Of a DNA stretch of 64,000 nucleotides, positions 34,501-44,497 are shown piece after piece. Below the pieces are notes generated by a model. The model saw only the letters and a program-made list of their open reading frames with translations. It did no database searches and was not told where the DNA came from. The DNA is taken from NCBI GenBank assembly GCA_964019335.1, contig OZ025709.1, forward strand, positions 62,001 through 126,000, written 5' to 3'. The position numbers and the translations under genes were made by a program. The number at the start of each line of letters is the position of its first letter. The stretch's first letter is position 1. The stretch comes from Diplonema japonicum (lineage: Eukaryota > Protista > Euglenozoa: Diplonemea).

Positions 34501-35015
34501 AGCTCCTCTGCACCGAGGAGCGTCACTTCGAATGAGATCGGTTCGTAGCCCATCGGGGTCTTGAAGTTGACCAACGCGGACCGCAAGGAGACCTTTATGG
34601 TGCCGATGTCGCCTTTTTCCTTCAGAAGTTTCTGGTCCTTCGCTTTCTTCGGACGCGCGCCAAGCTTCAGCTCGAAAATTTTTGGTTCCAGTGCATATTT
34701 CTGTATCTGCTCCGGTGTGACTGTTATCTCCGCGTACCCCATGAAGTCGTTCTTGCTGACCTTGTCCTTGTCGAACACCGTCAGGTACACCACGGTGGGC
34801 TTATTCGGTTTTCCTATTGTGGGAAGCTTGAAGTGCTCCTCCCATTTTGGCTCCAGACACTTGTCGATGACCTTCGTCTCGGTCGAGAAGTCTTTCGGGA
34901 TCCTCCCGCTCCCGTTCACCACTACAAACGGGTCGCTGCTCCCAGTCGCATCCGTCACTATCAGCCCCCATGCCTCATGCACCACGATTTCCAAGTACCT
35001 GCATTCAGCTGTCAT
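31587..35015 (-). CDS. Tandem C2-domain protein with long low-complexity linker and C-terminal SAM domain
   Basis: C2: DATGSSDPFV..PKWEEHF..FDKDKVSKNDFMG plus a second C2; SAM: VADWLRYINLDQYVPHF..LTEEDL after removing in-frame 45-nt intron 31698-31742. Confidence 0.85.
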   Translation of the reverse strand: MTAECRYLEIVVHEAWGLIVTDATGSSDPFVVVNGSGRIPKDFSTETKVIDKCLEPKWEEHFKLPTIGKPNKPTVVYLTVFDKDKVSKNDFMGYAEITVTPEQIQKYALEPKIFELKLGARPKKAKDQKLLKEKGDIGTIKVSLRSALVNFKTPMGYEPISFEVTLLGAEELRKAEKGKSVEPYAALFCTNADQAIAGELQTTVDSKGGVTPSWGNRFKFYLKNRKKLTVASVTVLDAATKPPSFLGHAEIGLSEEAMNKSLGAPLKKKVKMSVRANNPKDAELSKKLNGAFGNVFLEIRGSSDGPPKKAPVKKAEKPPPDNDNKEELRMDTSDGNWYPKSSFIEYYGKGPGEKRWKDAPKKPTGKGDKDKPTDLPAKEKDGPKKEANKGSEKQKKKKPETPPSPPSDPPSEAASQTSENKEEEEKEEEKDAETEEKEKEEEEEEREPEEPTENEEKEDDKEEETKKEKEKEKEKEKVKEKEEEKEKEQEQENGEKEEGKKEDKVEEEEKVKKEEPEEENSHIASHNSSTNEDTVAPKSSAPSGTPAAPAQRKPSIIVPATTPSLPPTPKKVSVVDSHGTPNRPRSDVPPPTSQQTASPSHPASPSDNMTPLSPLPQTHQTHNPATYHPYPTAREDQPLPPRAGPPYNGYHMGNGHIPPPMHHEYGHHVPSPHQQPPMYRPEQHPYYVPQHAQYHGGSYNHYPAYGAGGRELTPDERHGAPAPPPSPVPREVRKEPRKADTTTQTSTNRAAQVPNFEQVEIDEVAKRQQSDEEKQAQYTTAMAYGMQLGMQMTLSSIAQQQQQLQLQAQQQAKEREKERREARRRKKSVVQPKQHVRVPSSPPEVPRSHESETSITRELTDIDQWRLNVHSAKHENGPPVVLTKNVPKQGRQSSAASSAPKEKTKLMEKVGTALDSLLTKISNINTRKQHKEKRDKQDKKDKHHHHNHLEEARLASRPSTSSQGVTHSSSGHSGRQHTEGNVGRKVMANFKQHDERLKALELKSLEERTRRSSHTQHRGTTQKKELSAAVAELKNGAHELAKTQTAISAITTNLLFNCDPFVADWLRYINLDQYVPHFGKHGITAQQVPFLVCGCSPSLYSFSFTQTEEDLVSMKVTDKLTRLQLLTSALTVPPLSIADLDV

Positions 35016-35164
35016 TTGTTCGCCATCTTTTTTTTGTCCTCTCTCTCTCTTTCTCTGGTGGTATGAAATACTTTTCCGGGCAGAGAAAACAACAACAACA
35101 AAAAAAAAAAAAAAGCCAAACGACTTTAAAAAAAAATGGTTACAATTAAAAAAAGGGGGGGGTG

Positions 35165-36472
35165 CTAATCTTCTCTATAAACGTATTGCGTTCCGCACAC
35201 CCTGGCAGCAGCGAAAAGCACCCGTAAGGCCTGCGACTCGGGGGTGACCGGGTGCGAGTTGTTCCCCAAGGAAAGCACGAGAAAATGCTTCGACTCGGAG
35301 GGGAAGAAGAAGGGAGACAGAATCGTGCAGAGACGTGAGTTGCGGAGCGGGTGGTGCTCAGAACACGATCGGATAGAGCATAGCATGTCGTGGATGGCCT
35401 GCGAAGGGGTGGGCTGGTTCGGGCGGTTCTTCCAAGAAGAGGTGTTCAGGTCGAAAACGCAACATGTCCCACCGTCGCTCGACCGCAAGACGCACATTAA
35501 AACGCAAGCTTTACTCGCACCACGATGCGCTTTGACAAAGCCTACTTTATTCTTCACGGTGAACATGTCTCGCATGGTGACCTTGCTGAGGCTGTCGATC
35601 GAGAACCTCCCATCGAGAACAGCCCACATGGCAGAGCCCCCTGGCTTCACCGCAAATGTATCTGATGCGAAAATATCTTTGTACCGCTCGCCGTCTGTCA
35701 GAAAGGCTCTCATCTCCACCTCCTTACGTCCGTTTTGTACCATGAGCGATGCTGTTTTGTACACACCGTGAACAGCTTGGTCCTGTCCTGCTTCGTGGTC
35801 GTCGCTGATGTGGGAGACGCAGCAGTATTGTGCTTCTGTTACGTATGGTTTTAAAGCGTTGAGATGGTCTTCAAGCTGTTTGGAGTAGTGTGCTACAGAG
35901 TCAAGGTTGAACTCTCTGAAATCACGGCCTTTTTGAATGGTGACAGTGGCTGTTGGGGGTGTTATGGATATCATCTTAGATTCCCTGTTGACGTACGCGT
36001 GGACGTGTACACCCGTCCCACCTACAGCGGGTCCCTTTGGAACGGCCAGTGAAGAACTGTTTAAACCGACAGATGACGAGGTGCTGTGGAGAGATGTCGC
36101 CCAGTGTGTTGTAGCCGGCTTATGCCGTGTCCCCTTCACCATCGCCGCGTAGATCTTGGGTTGTGGTGTTGGTTCCGATGGTTGGGCCACAGTTTTCTCC
36201 ATGACTCTGCTTGTTAGATCCTCCACGTTTAAGTCTCCTTTCTGGCTCTCCAGCTTCTCCAAGATCTTTGCAAAGACATCTTCTAAATATTCCACGTAAA
36301 GCCTGGTTACCTTCACCACGTACTGTCGGTGTTCAGAGACCTTTTCCCGTAGACTCCTTAAGGAGTGGTACACACGGTAGAACTCCGGCTTTCTTCTGTA
36401 ATATGTTGAAGATACATCCGACCAAGCAGCGATGGCAAGGTCCGGACTGCCTTCGAAGCTTGGGTCCATCAT
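35165..36472 (-). CDS. Degenerate kinesin-motor-like protein (no recognisable P-loop)
   Basis: Colinear remnants: EFNLDSV, VEMRAFLTDGERYKDIF, CVFDL, HPLRNSRLCTILSPFF. Confidence 0.55.
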   Translation of the reverse strand: MMDPSFEGSPDLAIAAWSDVSSTYYRRKPEFYRVYHSLRSLREKVSEHRQYVVKVTRLYVEYLEDVFAKILEKLESQKGDLNVEDLTSRVMEKTVAQPSEPTPQPKIYAAMVKGTRHKPATTHWATSLHSTSSSVGLNSSSLAVPKGPAVGGTGVHVHAYVNRESKMISITPPTATVTIQKGRDFREFNLDSVAHYSKQLEDHLNALKPYVTEAQYCCVSHISDDHEAGQDQAVHGVYKTASLMVQNGRKEVEMRAFLTDGERYKDIFASDTFAVKPGGSAMWAVLDGRFSIDSLSKVTMRDMFTVKNKVGFVKAHRGASKACVLMCVLRSSDGGTCCVFDLNTSSWKNRPNQPTPSQAIHDMLCSIRSCSEHHPLRNSRLCTILSPFFFPSESKHFLVLSLGNNSHPVTPESQALRVLFAAARVCGTQYVYRED

Positions 36473-36691
36473 TTTTTTTTTTTTTTTTTTTTTTGTGTCT
36501 AGAGTTTTTTTTTCTTCCCCTCCCATTGTGAAGGGGAAAACTATGGTAAAAAAAAAAAAAAAATGAAAACATGACTCGATCTGAGTGGAGAAAATCTATG
36601 CAGGTTTCCGCGTGTGTTTTCGCTTGTGTCACCCCCCCCCCCCCCCTCCCCCCTTCAAACCACAGGGAGGAGAAACAGTTGTCCCCCCGTT

Positions 36692-38023
36692 CTACCGCCT
36701 TTTCACAAACCCTGCGAACATGGTTCCGTATTTGTCCCCGATGTCCTTTGTGATCTTTGTGTGGGTCTTCTTGCTGGGATCGCCCCATGTATGCGCGGCG
36801 CCGATGGCAAGCTGGTAGTTTTTTTCGAAATTCTTGCTGGCCACGAGCTGCATGGCCGCCCGCTTCTCGTGCAAGTTATGAGCAGCAGCCGTGTCCCGCA
36901 CCTTTCCGTAGATGCGCATCATGAGGCACCACAGCACACTGTCGTCCTCCATCCCAAGCGAGAGTGCTGTGCACCATGCATCCTCAGCAGCTCTGACATA
37001 CTGGTCGCCTGCTGTTGATACCTTGTCAAGACAGGCAATGAGGACCTCTGACAGCACAACTGGCGAAAGAGGATGTCCCTCACGTATGATGACACCAAGG
37101 TGCGTGATCACAGCTGTGAAATCATGCACCTGGTTGTAAACACGCAGCAGCGCTCCATGCGCCTTGAGGGGCAGCTTGACCCCCGCTTTCTGAGCCGTTT
37201 CATAAAGGTGCTTCGCGTCCGACGGGCGGCACTTACAGGTCCGGATGAGCGAGGTCCAAATCCCAGGGGACCATCTCAACTTCTGCGGGAACAGGTAGTA
37301 GTACTTCATTATCTGAAACCCCTGTGAAAGGGTGGAACAGGACTGGAGGGCTGCTACCATCGTGCGGTCTTTGAAACTCTCCGGGGCGTACACAGCCGAA
37401 CACGCTTCAAAGAGCCCAACAGCAATATCAAACTTGTTTTTTATGGCGTTTGATGTATGAAGCGCGCGCAAAGCATAAAGCAGTGCATCGGGCACCATAA
37501 CGTCCTTGGACTTTGCTTCCGATAATATTCTTAAGACCCCGATGAGGTCGGAGTTCACTGCCGCGTATTGCATTGTGCAGTCGAATGTCCTTTGCAGCTG
37601 GTCTTTGTTGGGGTGTCGAAGGCCGCTGCGGGCCATCATTGTGAGTAGGGCGTTGATCTTTTTGGACTTTTCAGCGTCGAAACGACGTCTCGTGTAGAGC
37701 TTGTGGAGCTGGCGGAGTACGCTGAGAGGATACTCCTTCCAGTCGGGGCCGAATTCTTTCTTTACCTTTTCCTCTATCCGGTCTGCGATCATCCTGCACC
37801 CGCTGCTGTTGGTTGTCGCTAAGTGTCCACCCTCACGCTGCAGGTCGTCGATCTTCTTCAGCTCGTCCCCCATCCACAACACTATTGCGGTCTGCTTCCC
37901 GTCCGTTTTCCACACGTTTTTCACCCCACTGACCTCCCACATATTTCCCACCGGCGCGCCTTTGTTGTAGTCATCTCCTTTGCTCTTCTTGATCAACCTG
38001 TGCAGTACTCTAGTATGCCTCAT
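36692..38023 (-). CDS. Helical-repeat (PPR-like) protein, probably mitochondrial
   Basis: Arg-rich MRHTRVLHRL start; WTSLIRTC, HGALLRVY, WCLMMRIYGK PPR-like repeats. Confidence 0.6.
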   Translation of the reverse strand: MRHTRVLHRLIKKSKGDDYNKGAPVGNMWEVSGVKNVWKTDGKQTAIVLWMGDELKKIDDLQREGGHLATTNSSGCRMIADRIEEKVKKEFGPDWKEYPLSVLRQLHKLYTRRRFDAEKSKKINALLTMMARSGLRHPNKDQLQRTFDCTMQYAAVNSDLIGVLRILSEAKSKDVMVPDALLYALRALHTSNAIKNKFDIAVGLFEACSAVYAPESFKDRTMVAALQSCSTLSQGFQIMKYYYLFPQKLRWSPGIWTSLIRTCKCRPSDAKHLYETAQKAGVKLPLKAHGALLRVYNQVHDFTAVITHLGVIIREGHPLSPVVLSEVLIACLDKVSTAGDQYVRAAEDAWCTALSLGMEDDSVLWCLMMRIYGKVRDTAAAHNLHEKRAAMQLVASKNFEKNYQLAIGAAHTWGDPSKKTHTKITKDIGDKYGTMFAGFVKRR

Positions 38024-38181
38024 CCATGTGGGTGGCCTTGCTTTTTTAGATGGGGGGGGGCAACATGTATTGGGGGACAACGGACAAAGAAAATAAGAGA
38101 TGATCATGATAATTGTGTGTGTGTTGTGAACTGAAAGAAAGAAAGAAAGAAAGAAAGAAAAAGGGACTCTTTTCTTACCTT

Positions 38182-39030
38182 TCACTCGTCCCTCTTCCTC
38201 TTTTTCTTTTCTTTTTTGTCTTTTTTGTCCTTCTTTTCCTTCTTCTCTTTTTTCTCTTTCCTTTTCTTCTCTTTTTTGTCGGAGGGGGTTGCTATTGGGT
38301 GGGTTTTAACAATAGCACGGGGAGCCTGCCTTGGGGAGGCGAGGGGCGAGCGTCGGGGGGAGTTCCTGGGAGCGGCGGCAGGGGAACGAACAGGGGAGCT
38401 CGAGATGCACCTGGTTTTAACACCCCAACGCTCTTTCGCTCGAGCGACGAGCTTGGCACCAGAAGTCCTTTCCGCCTCCCTGATCCGCTGTATTTTCTTT
38501 TCGGAGTTTGAGTGGCGTCCAAGCTTCCCAAACCTCACACCACCGCAGGCATTGAACAGATCAGCATCAGACATAGCCGTGATAGGCGCACTGGGGCCAT
38601 AAGAAGAGGAATCAGAGTCAGAATCTGTGTCAGGTTCTTTAACTGCTTCCAAGGTTTTAGTAGTAGTCGACATCACGCCATTGACTAGAGTGCCGGATGT
38701 TACAAATCCTTTTTCTGCTGTCTCTGTGGTGGTTGTGGTTGTGGTTGTGGTTGAGGTGGTGGTGGTGGTGGTGGTCTCGCTCTTCCCCTTTACGCTCTTT
38801 TTCACCCCCTTCATGATCTCGTCGAACTGCATGTTGAAAACCTTCCTCTCCTTTTCGTCAAACGTGCTCTTGTCCGCGCCCAACCCGTAGCCTTGGCTCT
38901 TCTTCTGCACCGTTACATACGAGCTCCGCCCTTGCCCCTCCTTTCCAAGACCCTTCCCCTGCTCCCAGCCAAATTTGTTCAGAAGCGCCGCAGGGTCGAA
39001 CTTCCGTTTCTTCGTCGCCTGCTCTGTCAT
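38182..39030 (-). CDS. G-patch protein with KKE-rich tail (PinX1/GPATCH4-like)
   Basis: LLNKFGWEQGKGLGKEGQG..GLG; MSDADLFNACGG; Lys-rich C-terminus. Confidence 0.85.
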   Translation of the reverse strand: MTEQATKKRKFDPAALLNKFGWEQGKGLGKEGQGRSSYVTVQKKSQGYGLGADKSTFDEKERKVFNMQFDEIMKGVKKSVKGKSETTTTTTTSTTTTTTTTTETAEKGFVTSGTLVNGVMSTTTKTLEAVKEPDTDSDSDSSSYGPSAPITAMSDADLFNACGGVRFGKLGRHSNSEKKIQRIREAERTSGAKLVARAKERWGVKTRCISSSPVRSPAAAPRNSPRRSPLASPRQAPRAIVKTHPIATPSDKKEKKRKEKKEKKEKKDKKDKKEKKKRKRDE

Positions 39031-39170
39031 TTTTCCTTTTTTTTTTCGTCCTAGGAAAAAGGGATTTGAATTTTGTCAAAAAAGAAAAAAAAAAAGGTAT
39101 GAATAGAATAAAATACACAGCGGGAAGGGAGGAGGGGGGGGATTGACATCAACAACAAGAAAAATAAGTA

Positions 39171-41168
39171 CTACAACGCAACCCTGCCCGTCCGCTGAGG
39201 GGACCGCAGCCATTCGGCGAACGGGGGCAACCTGCTGTCGTAGGAAAGGTCCCGGTTCCTAGCGGCCCCTCGATACGTGGAGGACCTAGGGGACGAGGAT
39301 GGGGAGGAGGGCTTCGAGATCCCTGTCCGCAGGAGAGACATCCAAGCTGTCCTGTCAGCAGCACACAATGCACAGAAGCGAAAAGTCGTGCCTACCTGTA
39401 GGGTGACGTAAAAGCCGAGGGTCCTGCCTGCCTGGCCCATAGGGGGAGCCACGACTGATGAGGCACGGTAGGCATCAAGCTCGACCTTCTCTACTGCAGA
39501 TAAACAGAACAGCGGCTTCTTCCTAGCGTCATCAGGCTTGTGTAGTGCATACACATTTCCGTTCACCAGCACTATGTACTTCTTGTGCCATGACGAGAAG
39601 GTTGGCCCTGCCTTCAGCACCCAACCTTGCTTCCTTTCAAACAATACATCTGCATTGCCAGAGCCGGCAGCCCGCCTCGGGCTTGAAACGGTGTTTGTAT
39701 CAATACCTGCCATGACTTGCCAAGCCACCGCCATTTCCCTCTCCATGATCACCTCTCTCCGCACCCCTTCCAGTGCCAGTAGGTACTGCATTTGCTCTGC
39801 TTCCCTTTCGTATGTGTATACTTCCGTCCACCTCTCCCTCAGGTATACCAGCGCTTTCTCTAGTTGCTGGAATTCGGCGTGTCCCTCCTGCCCCTTGTCT
39901 CTGCATAACATGCGCCACTCCCCATCCATGCAGCACTGCACCGCCCTCGCCGCCTTCTCCTCGCTCCCCAGGATGTCTTTTCGCCGTGTCTCCTCTTCAA
40001 GTGCCGTGTGTGAACGCTGCAGCCGCCGCAGCTCGTTTAACACCGTCGGGCTTGCAGCACCCCCGCAGCCTTCGGTTGCAGACTGGCTGCATGCAGCATC
40101 GCTGCCACCTGCTTCTTGTGCGTCAGGGTCTTCGTTGTCGTTATTGCGTTCGGCACTTGTTGTGACTTCTTCGGCAGGTGTTTCGACAGGTTCGGCAGGT
40201 ATTTTGTCAGCAGGTTCACTAGGTTCGTCCTTTAATTTGGGCTCCTCTGTTGAAATAGCAGTGCCTTCATCAGCTGCAGGTCCTTCATCAGCTACAGGCT
40301 CAGCTACAGGTATTTCATCAGCTGCAGGTCCCTCATCAGCTACAGGTATTTCAGCTACTGGTCCTTCATCAGCTGCAGGTATTTCATCAGCTACTTCTGC
40401 CTCTCTTTTCTTGGGGTCCACAGCGTCCACGGGCGGCTTCACGCATGGCTCCTCAGCAGTTTCCTGTTCTGGGAGGTCATCCGCAGGGGGAGGTGCATCT
40501 GCCTGTTCCGATCCCGCGGTCTCGGTCACCGGCTCTGCGGTGCACGCACTAGGGGCAGCCTCTGCTTCTTCTGATTTCGCATCTTCTTGTTTTGATGTTT
40601 CTGCCTCTTTTGACTCGTCAATGTCTTCTGTTTTTTTCGGTTCCTCATCGGCTTCCGCCCGTTCTGGCTCCGGCGCATCGGGCTGTCCGGCAGTCTCGCT
40701 GCTAGGTGATGCCGTTTGACGTGCTTGCAGCAAGCGGGTCGCAGTCGCCTCCATGTCTTTGAGAAAGTCGGGTGAGTACCCAACATCACCGAGCCATGAA
40801 GCAGGGGTCGTGTTGTTGAGGTCCTGCTGTATAGTTGCGGAGAAGAGGGAATGGTAAGGGGCGTGCACGTGGAGGGTCAGATCGCCTTCGGCTGAAGAAA
40901 GGTGCATCCATGGTGTGCCCTCCAGAGACACCATGTCGTAGACCGAGATGAAGTCGTGGCAAGAAATTTCAGTCAGTGTGGCCTTACCATCGAAGATCTT
41001 AAGCGTGTCCTTGGTGAGGCACAGCAGCACCTCTTGGACTCCTTCGCTGGTCACTATGGCTTCATTCCCACTGATAATAACTTCTTCGTCATCCACAGTC
41101 CAGTCGATTCCCTTTACGCTGGCAAGGCCTTCATGGTCACATGGGCCGCTTGCCACACCCTTGCCCAT
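39171..41168 (-). CDS. PH-domain protein with acidic repeats and coiled coil
   Basis: KQGWVLKAGPTFSSWHKKYIVL..FRFCA..DRTAWMSLL; ADEGP/ADEIP repeats at ~40260-40395. Confidence 0.8.
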   Translation of the reverse strand: MGKGVASGPCDHEGLASVKGIDWTVDDEEVIISGNEAIVTSEGVQEVLLCLTKDTLKIFDGKATLTEISCHDFISVYDMVSLEGTPWMHLSSAEGDLTLHVHAPYHSLFSATIQQDLNNTTPASWLGDVGYSPDFLKDMEATATRLLQARQTASPSSETAGQPDAPEPERAEADEEPKKTEDIDESKEAETSKQEDAKSEEAEAAPSACTAEPVTETAGSEQADAPPPADDLPEQETAEEPCVKPPVDAVDPKKREAEVADEIPAADEGPVAEIPVADEGPAADEIPVAEPVADEGPAADEGTAISTEEPKLKDEPSEPADKIPAEPVETPAEEVTTSAERNNDNEDPDAQEAGGSDAACSQSATEGCGGAASPTVLNELRRLQRSHTALEEETRRKDILGSEEKAARAVQCCMDGEWRMLCRDKGQEGHAEFQQLEKALVYLRERWTEVYTYEREAEQMQYLLALEGVRREVIMEREMAVAWQVMAGIDTNTVSSPRRAAGSGNADVLFERKQGWVLKAGPTFSSWHKKYIVLVNGNVYALHKPDDARKKPLFCLSAVEKVELDAYRASSVVAPPMGQAGRTLGFYVTLQVGTTFRFCALCAADRTAWMSLLRTGISKPSSPSSSPRSSTYRGAARNRDLSYDSRLPPFAEWLRSPQRTGRVAL

Positions 41169-41181
41169 GGGGACACCTTTC

Positions 41182-41213
<32 letters not shown>

Positions 41214-42170
41214 TAGCGGATCTTTAAAAAAAAAAAAAAAAAAAGGAATTACGACATCTAACAGGTAAAGGGGGGGGGAAAAAAAATGGTAGTAGGAAGG
41301 AGGGGGAAGAATTATCCACATCATACAATTTTCTTTTTTTGTGTCACTTTTCTTGTCTTTTCTCCCCCGCTTCTATCTGATCGACCCTAGCTCAAAAAGA
41401 CTTTTTTTTTTTATGTGTCGTGTTGTGGGGGAAGTCATAACAAACAATTTATGGAAAGGAAAGGGGGAATAAAAGAATTAGACAAGTTTTTTTCCCTTTT
41501 TGCGCACAAAAAAATAAATTGTGTTGTGATCGCTAATAAAAGTGACCATTTGAAGCTTGGAACGCTGCCGGATTTTTCTTTCTTTTTCTTTTCTTTTTTT
41601 TCTTCTTCTTTTGACAACTACAATAACAAAGTCATTTTTCCCCCCCCTCCTTCTGGTCAGCATAAAATATAATAAAGAAAGGAGAGACTGGGATTTGAAC
41701 AACAACAATAACCTACTCGAGGTCTACCCCCCCAAAAAAAAGAGAGACAATCTGATATGCTGTGCAAGGGCCGCACAGGGAGACTGCTAATAAAAAAAGG
41801 GGGGGAACTGGGTCACACAGGAGGTAAAAAAGAATAAAGAAACTGGTTGTTTTGCGAAACGAAAAAGGTTCTTTTCTTTATTTTGCTCCCGCCTTACCAC
41901 ACACCCCTTTCCCCACAAAAATATATCGACATTTCGTTATTTTTTTTTCTTTTTTTTCTGTTCTTTCTTGAAGAGAAAGGAAAATGAGAAGAAGAAAAAA
42001 TCTTATAAAAAAAAAGAACACAACAGCCGTTCGCTTTTCTTCCCCCTTCTCCTCCCCCCCTCCAAGGGGTCGAAAAAAAAGTTGTACAAAACGGAGGTGA
42101 AGCGGAGGGGAAGAAAAAAGAAAAAAAAAACATAAAGTACTCTAGATTGACAAAAAAAAAAACTTTTCTT

Positions 42171-43900
42171 TTAGAACTCAGTAGTTACATAATGTGTATC
42201 CGAAAAACCAGATTCAGATTCCTGCCTGCTGGCACGTCGCCGAGCCCGAGTCTCCTTTCGCAGCCTACGCTCTGCAGCCACAACAGCATCCTCAGGGAAG
42301 CTAGGTTTCTCGGGGGCTGCTGGGGTCAGTGCCCCTGTGGAATTCGATGGGACATTCTCCCCGCGAAGTTTCATTCGCTCCCTAGAGATTATTTTTTTTC
42401 CCCATTTTTTTTTTCTTTTTTCTTTTTTTTTTCCCCTTTCCAAACATACTTGTGGATCTCATCCACCAGACGTGCCAGCTCCCTGTCCCTCTGATAGTCG
42501 AAGCTTTCTGCAGGTGCGGCGGAGTTGGAGTTGTGCGCAGCAGGCAGCGGTGCGGGGATCGAAGCAGGCGACGGGTGCATGGGCTGGTACCCATTCGACG
42601 GCATCGGCGTGAGTGTCCCTGACCCACTCGTCTTCTGCACGCTTTGGAACCCCACGGTCTCATACTGCGCCTGCTGTTGCTGCTGCTGTTGGTGTTGATG
42701 TTGCTGTTCGTAGTTCACGTACGTCGGTTGTGGGGTCACCCTGCTCGGGGTCACGGTGGGCTTCATCCTCACTTGCAACGAATCCGAGCCGCTCCGCGAC
42801 GGCCCCCCTGCCCCCGCCACAGGCGTAGTGAACACAGACGACTCAGGCGACCTCACATCCTGCTGCACTGGCACAGTCACAGGCACGGGGACAGGAGGCA
42901 ACTGCTGCCCGTACATGGCTGGGACGACATCCTGCCTTGGCACCGTTGCCGCATATTGCGGTTGGATCTGAGGCTGAGGCTGTTGGTACGGCTGCATTTC
43001 ATATTGCTGTTGGTAATGCTGCGGAGGAGGAGGAGCAGGTGCCTGAATAACAGGAGGCTGCGGCTGCTGTTGTATCTGCTGCATGGGCAGCGGGAAGGAC
43101 GTCCTCGTCGGGGACACCGGACGGGGCCCCGCAGCAGGGGGAGGGGGAAGCTGCAAATGCTCAGGCTGCCCCTCCTCCTTCGGCTTCGTGATCACGATCT
43201 TCGTAACATCCGTCGTGGTGCGGTCAATGAACCTTCTGTACGCATTCTGCGTCTTGCCGTCAGAGAACCCGTACCGCGAGGTCAGGGCGGAGTACAACGC
43301 GATGGCGATGTTCTGCTGGCGTTGAGGGTCCCTAGCACGGATGCCGTAGTCCACCTTGAGGGACCATTCAGCATCGACGAGACGGGGGTCTGCTACACCA
43401 CCAGCAGCACCCTCGCCCTCTTCATCATAGTGAAGCACAACTGTCTTGATGGCCCCTGGGTAGACACGGAGCTTGATGTCCTCACGGCGTACTCCGTTGC
43501 CTACTTCTGATATGAGATCGTCCTTCAGAGCGTCTAGAAATCCTGCTATTCTGCCCATGTCATCCTTGCAGCTTTCATATTTTGAATAATTCACTCCTTC
43601 CACGTGGAGGGTCCCGCTGACTACAGAATCATACAGGTCGAAGGCGTCTCTGATGTTGCCGGTGTTCTGCCGTGTTGCGCACCCGCCTTCCGTTGTTCTG
43701 TCTTCTGGGGCCCGGTCGTTGGGGTCGAATCCGCCCATGCCTACCATGGGTGGGGGTCCTTCTTGAGAGTACCTAGGAGGTTGTTGCTGTTGTGGATGTT
43801 GTTGTTGGGACCCTTTCACGGCTGCGTAGCCCCCGCTGCCTTGCCTCCTTTCGCCCGATCCTCTTTGGTAGTACCTTGAGTCTCTATCTCTTCCAGACAT
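42171..43900 (-). CDS. Hypothetical Pro/Gln-rich protein, 2 exons, 553 aa
   Basis: Intron 42382-42449 (GTATG..A-rich..TAG) joins ..EIHK|ERMKLRGEN..VTTEF*. Confidence 0.75.
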
Positions 43901-44440
43901 GTTTAAAAAGTAATAATTAAACTTGTCTTTTCTTTTGTTTGTCCCCGCCTTTTGTTATATTTAGTTTAGACTTTTTCATTTCGAGGGGGGGGAAAAAAAT
44001 ATAATAATAAAAAAAAAAGAAAAAAAAAACAATACTTAACAACTTTTTTTTTCCCTTCTCCTACCCTCCCTTTTTCTTTTTAAAAAGGGTAAAATAAAAC
44101 AGAAAGAAAGAAAGAAAAAAATAAAAAGTGGGGTGGAGGGGGGGAGTGAAAGCAGAACGGGGCGAGGAAAAAAAAAAAGAAGATTATTTCAGATGGATGG
44201 ATAGGAAAGTGAAACCCTGCCACACACCTCGGCCAATTTAAAAAGAAAAAAAAAACTCAAAGAGAAAAAAAAGGAAGGAACAACGGGGAAGTGGGATTTA
44301 GGGGGGGGGGGGGGGGGGAGTGAATCTAAAAGAAGAAAAACAAAAAGAAAAGCAACATCTAAGAAGAAAAAAAAAAAGAAATAATCAGTCTCTCTTTCAA
44401 AAGGTCTAAAATAAAAATTAAAATGAGGGCTAAGATTTTA

Positions 44441-44477
<37 letters not shown>

Positions 44478-44497
44478 ATGCGTTCCCTCCCATCTCT

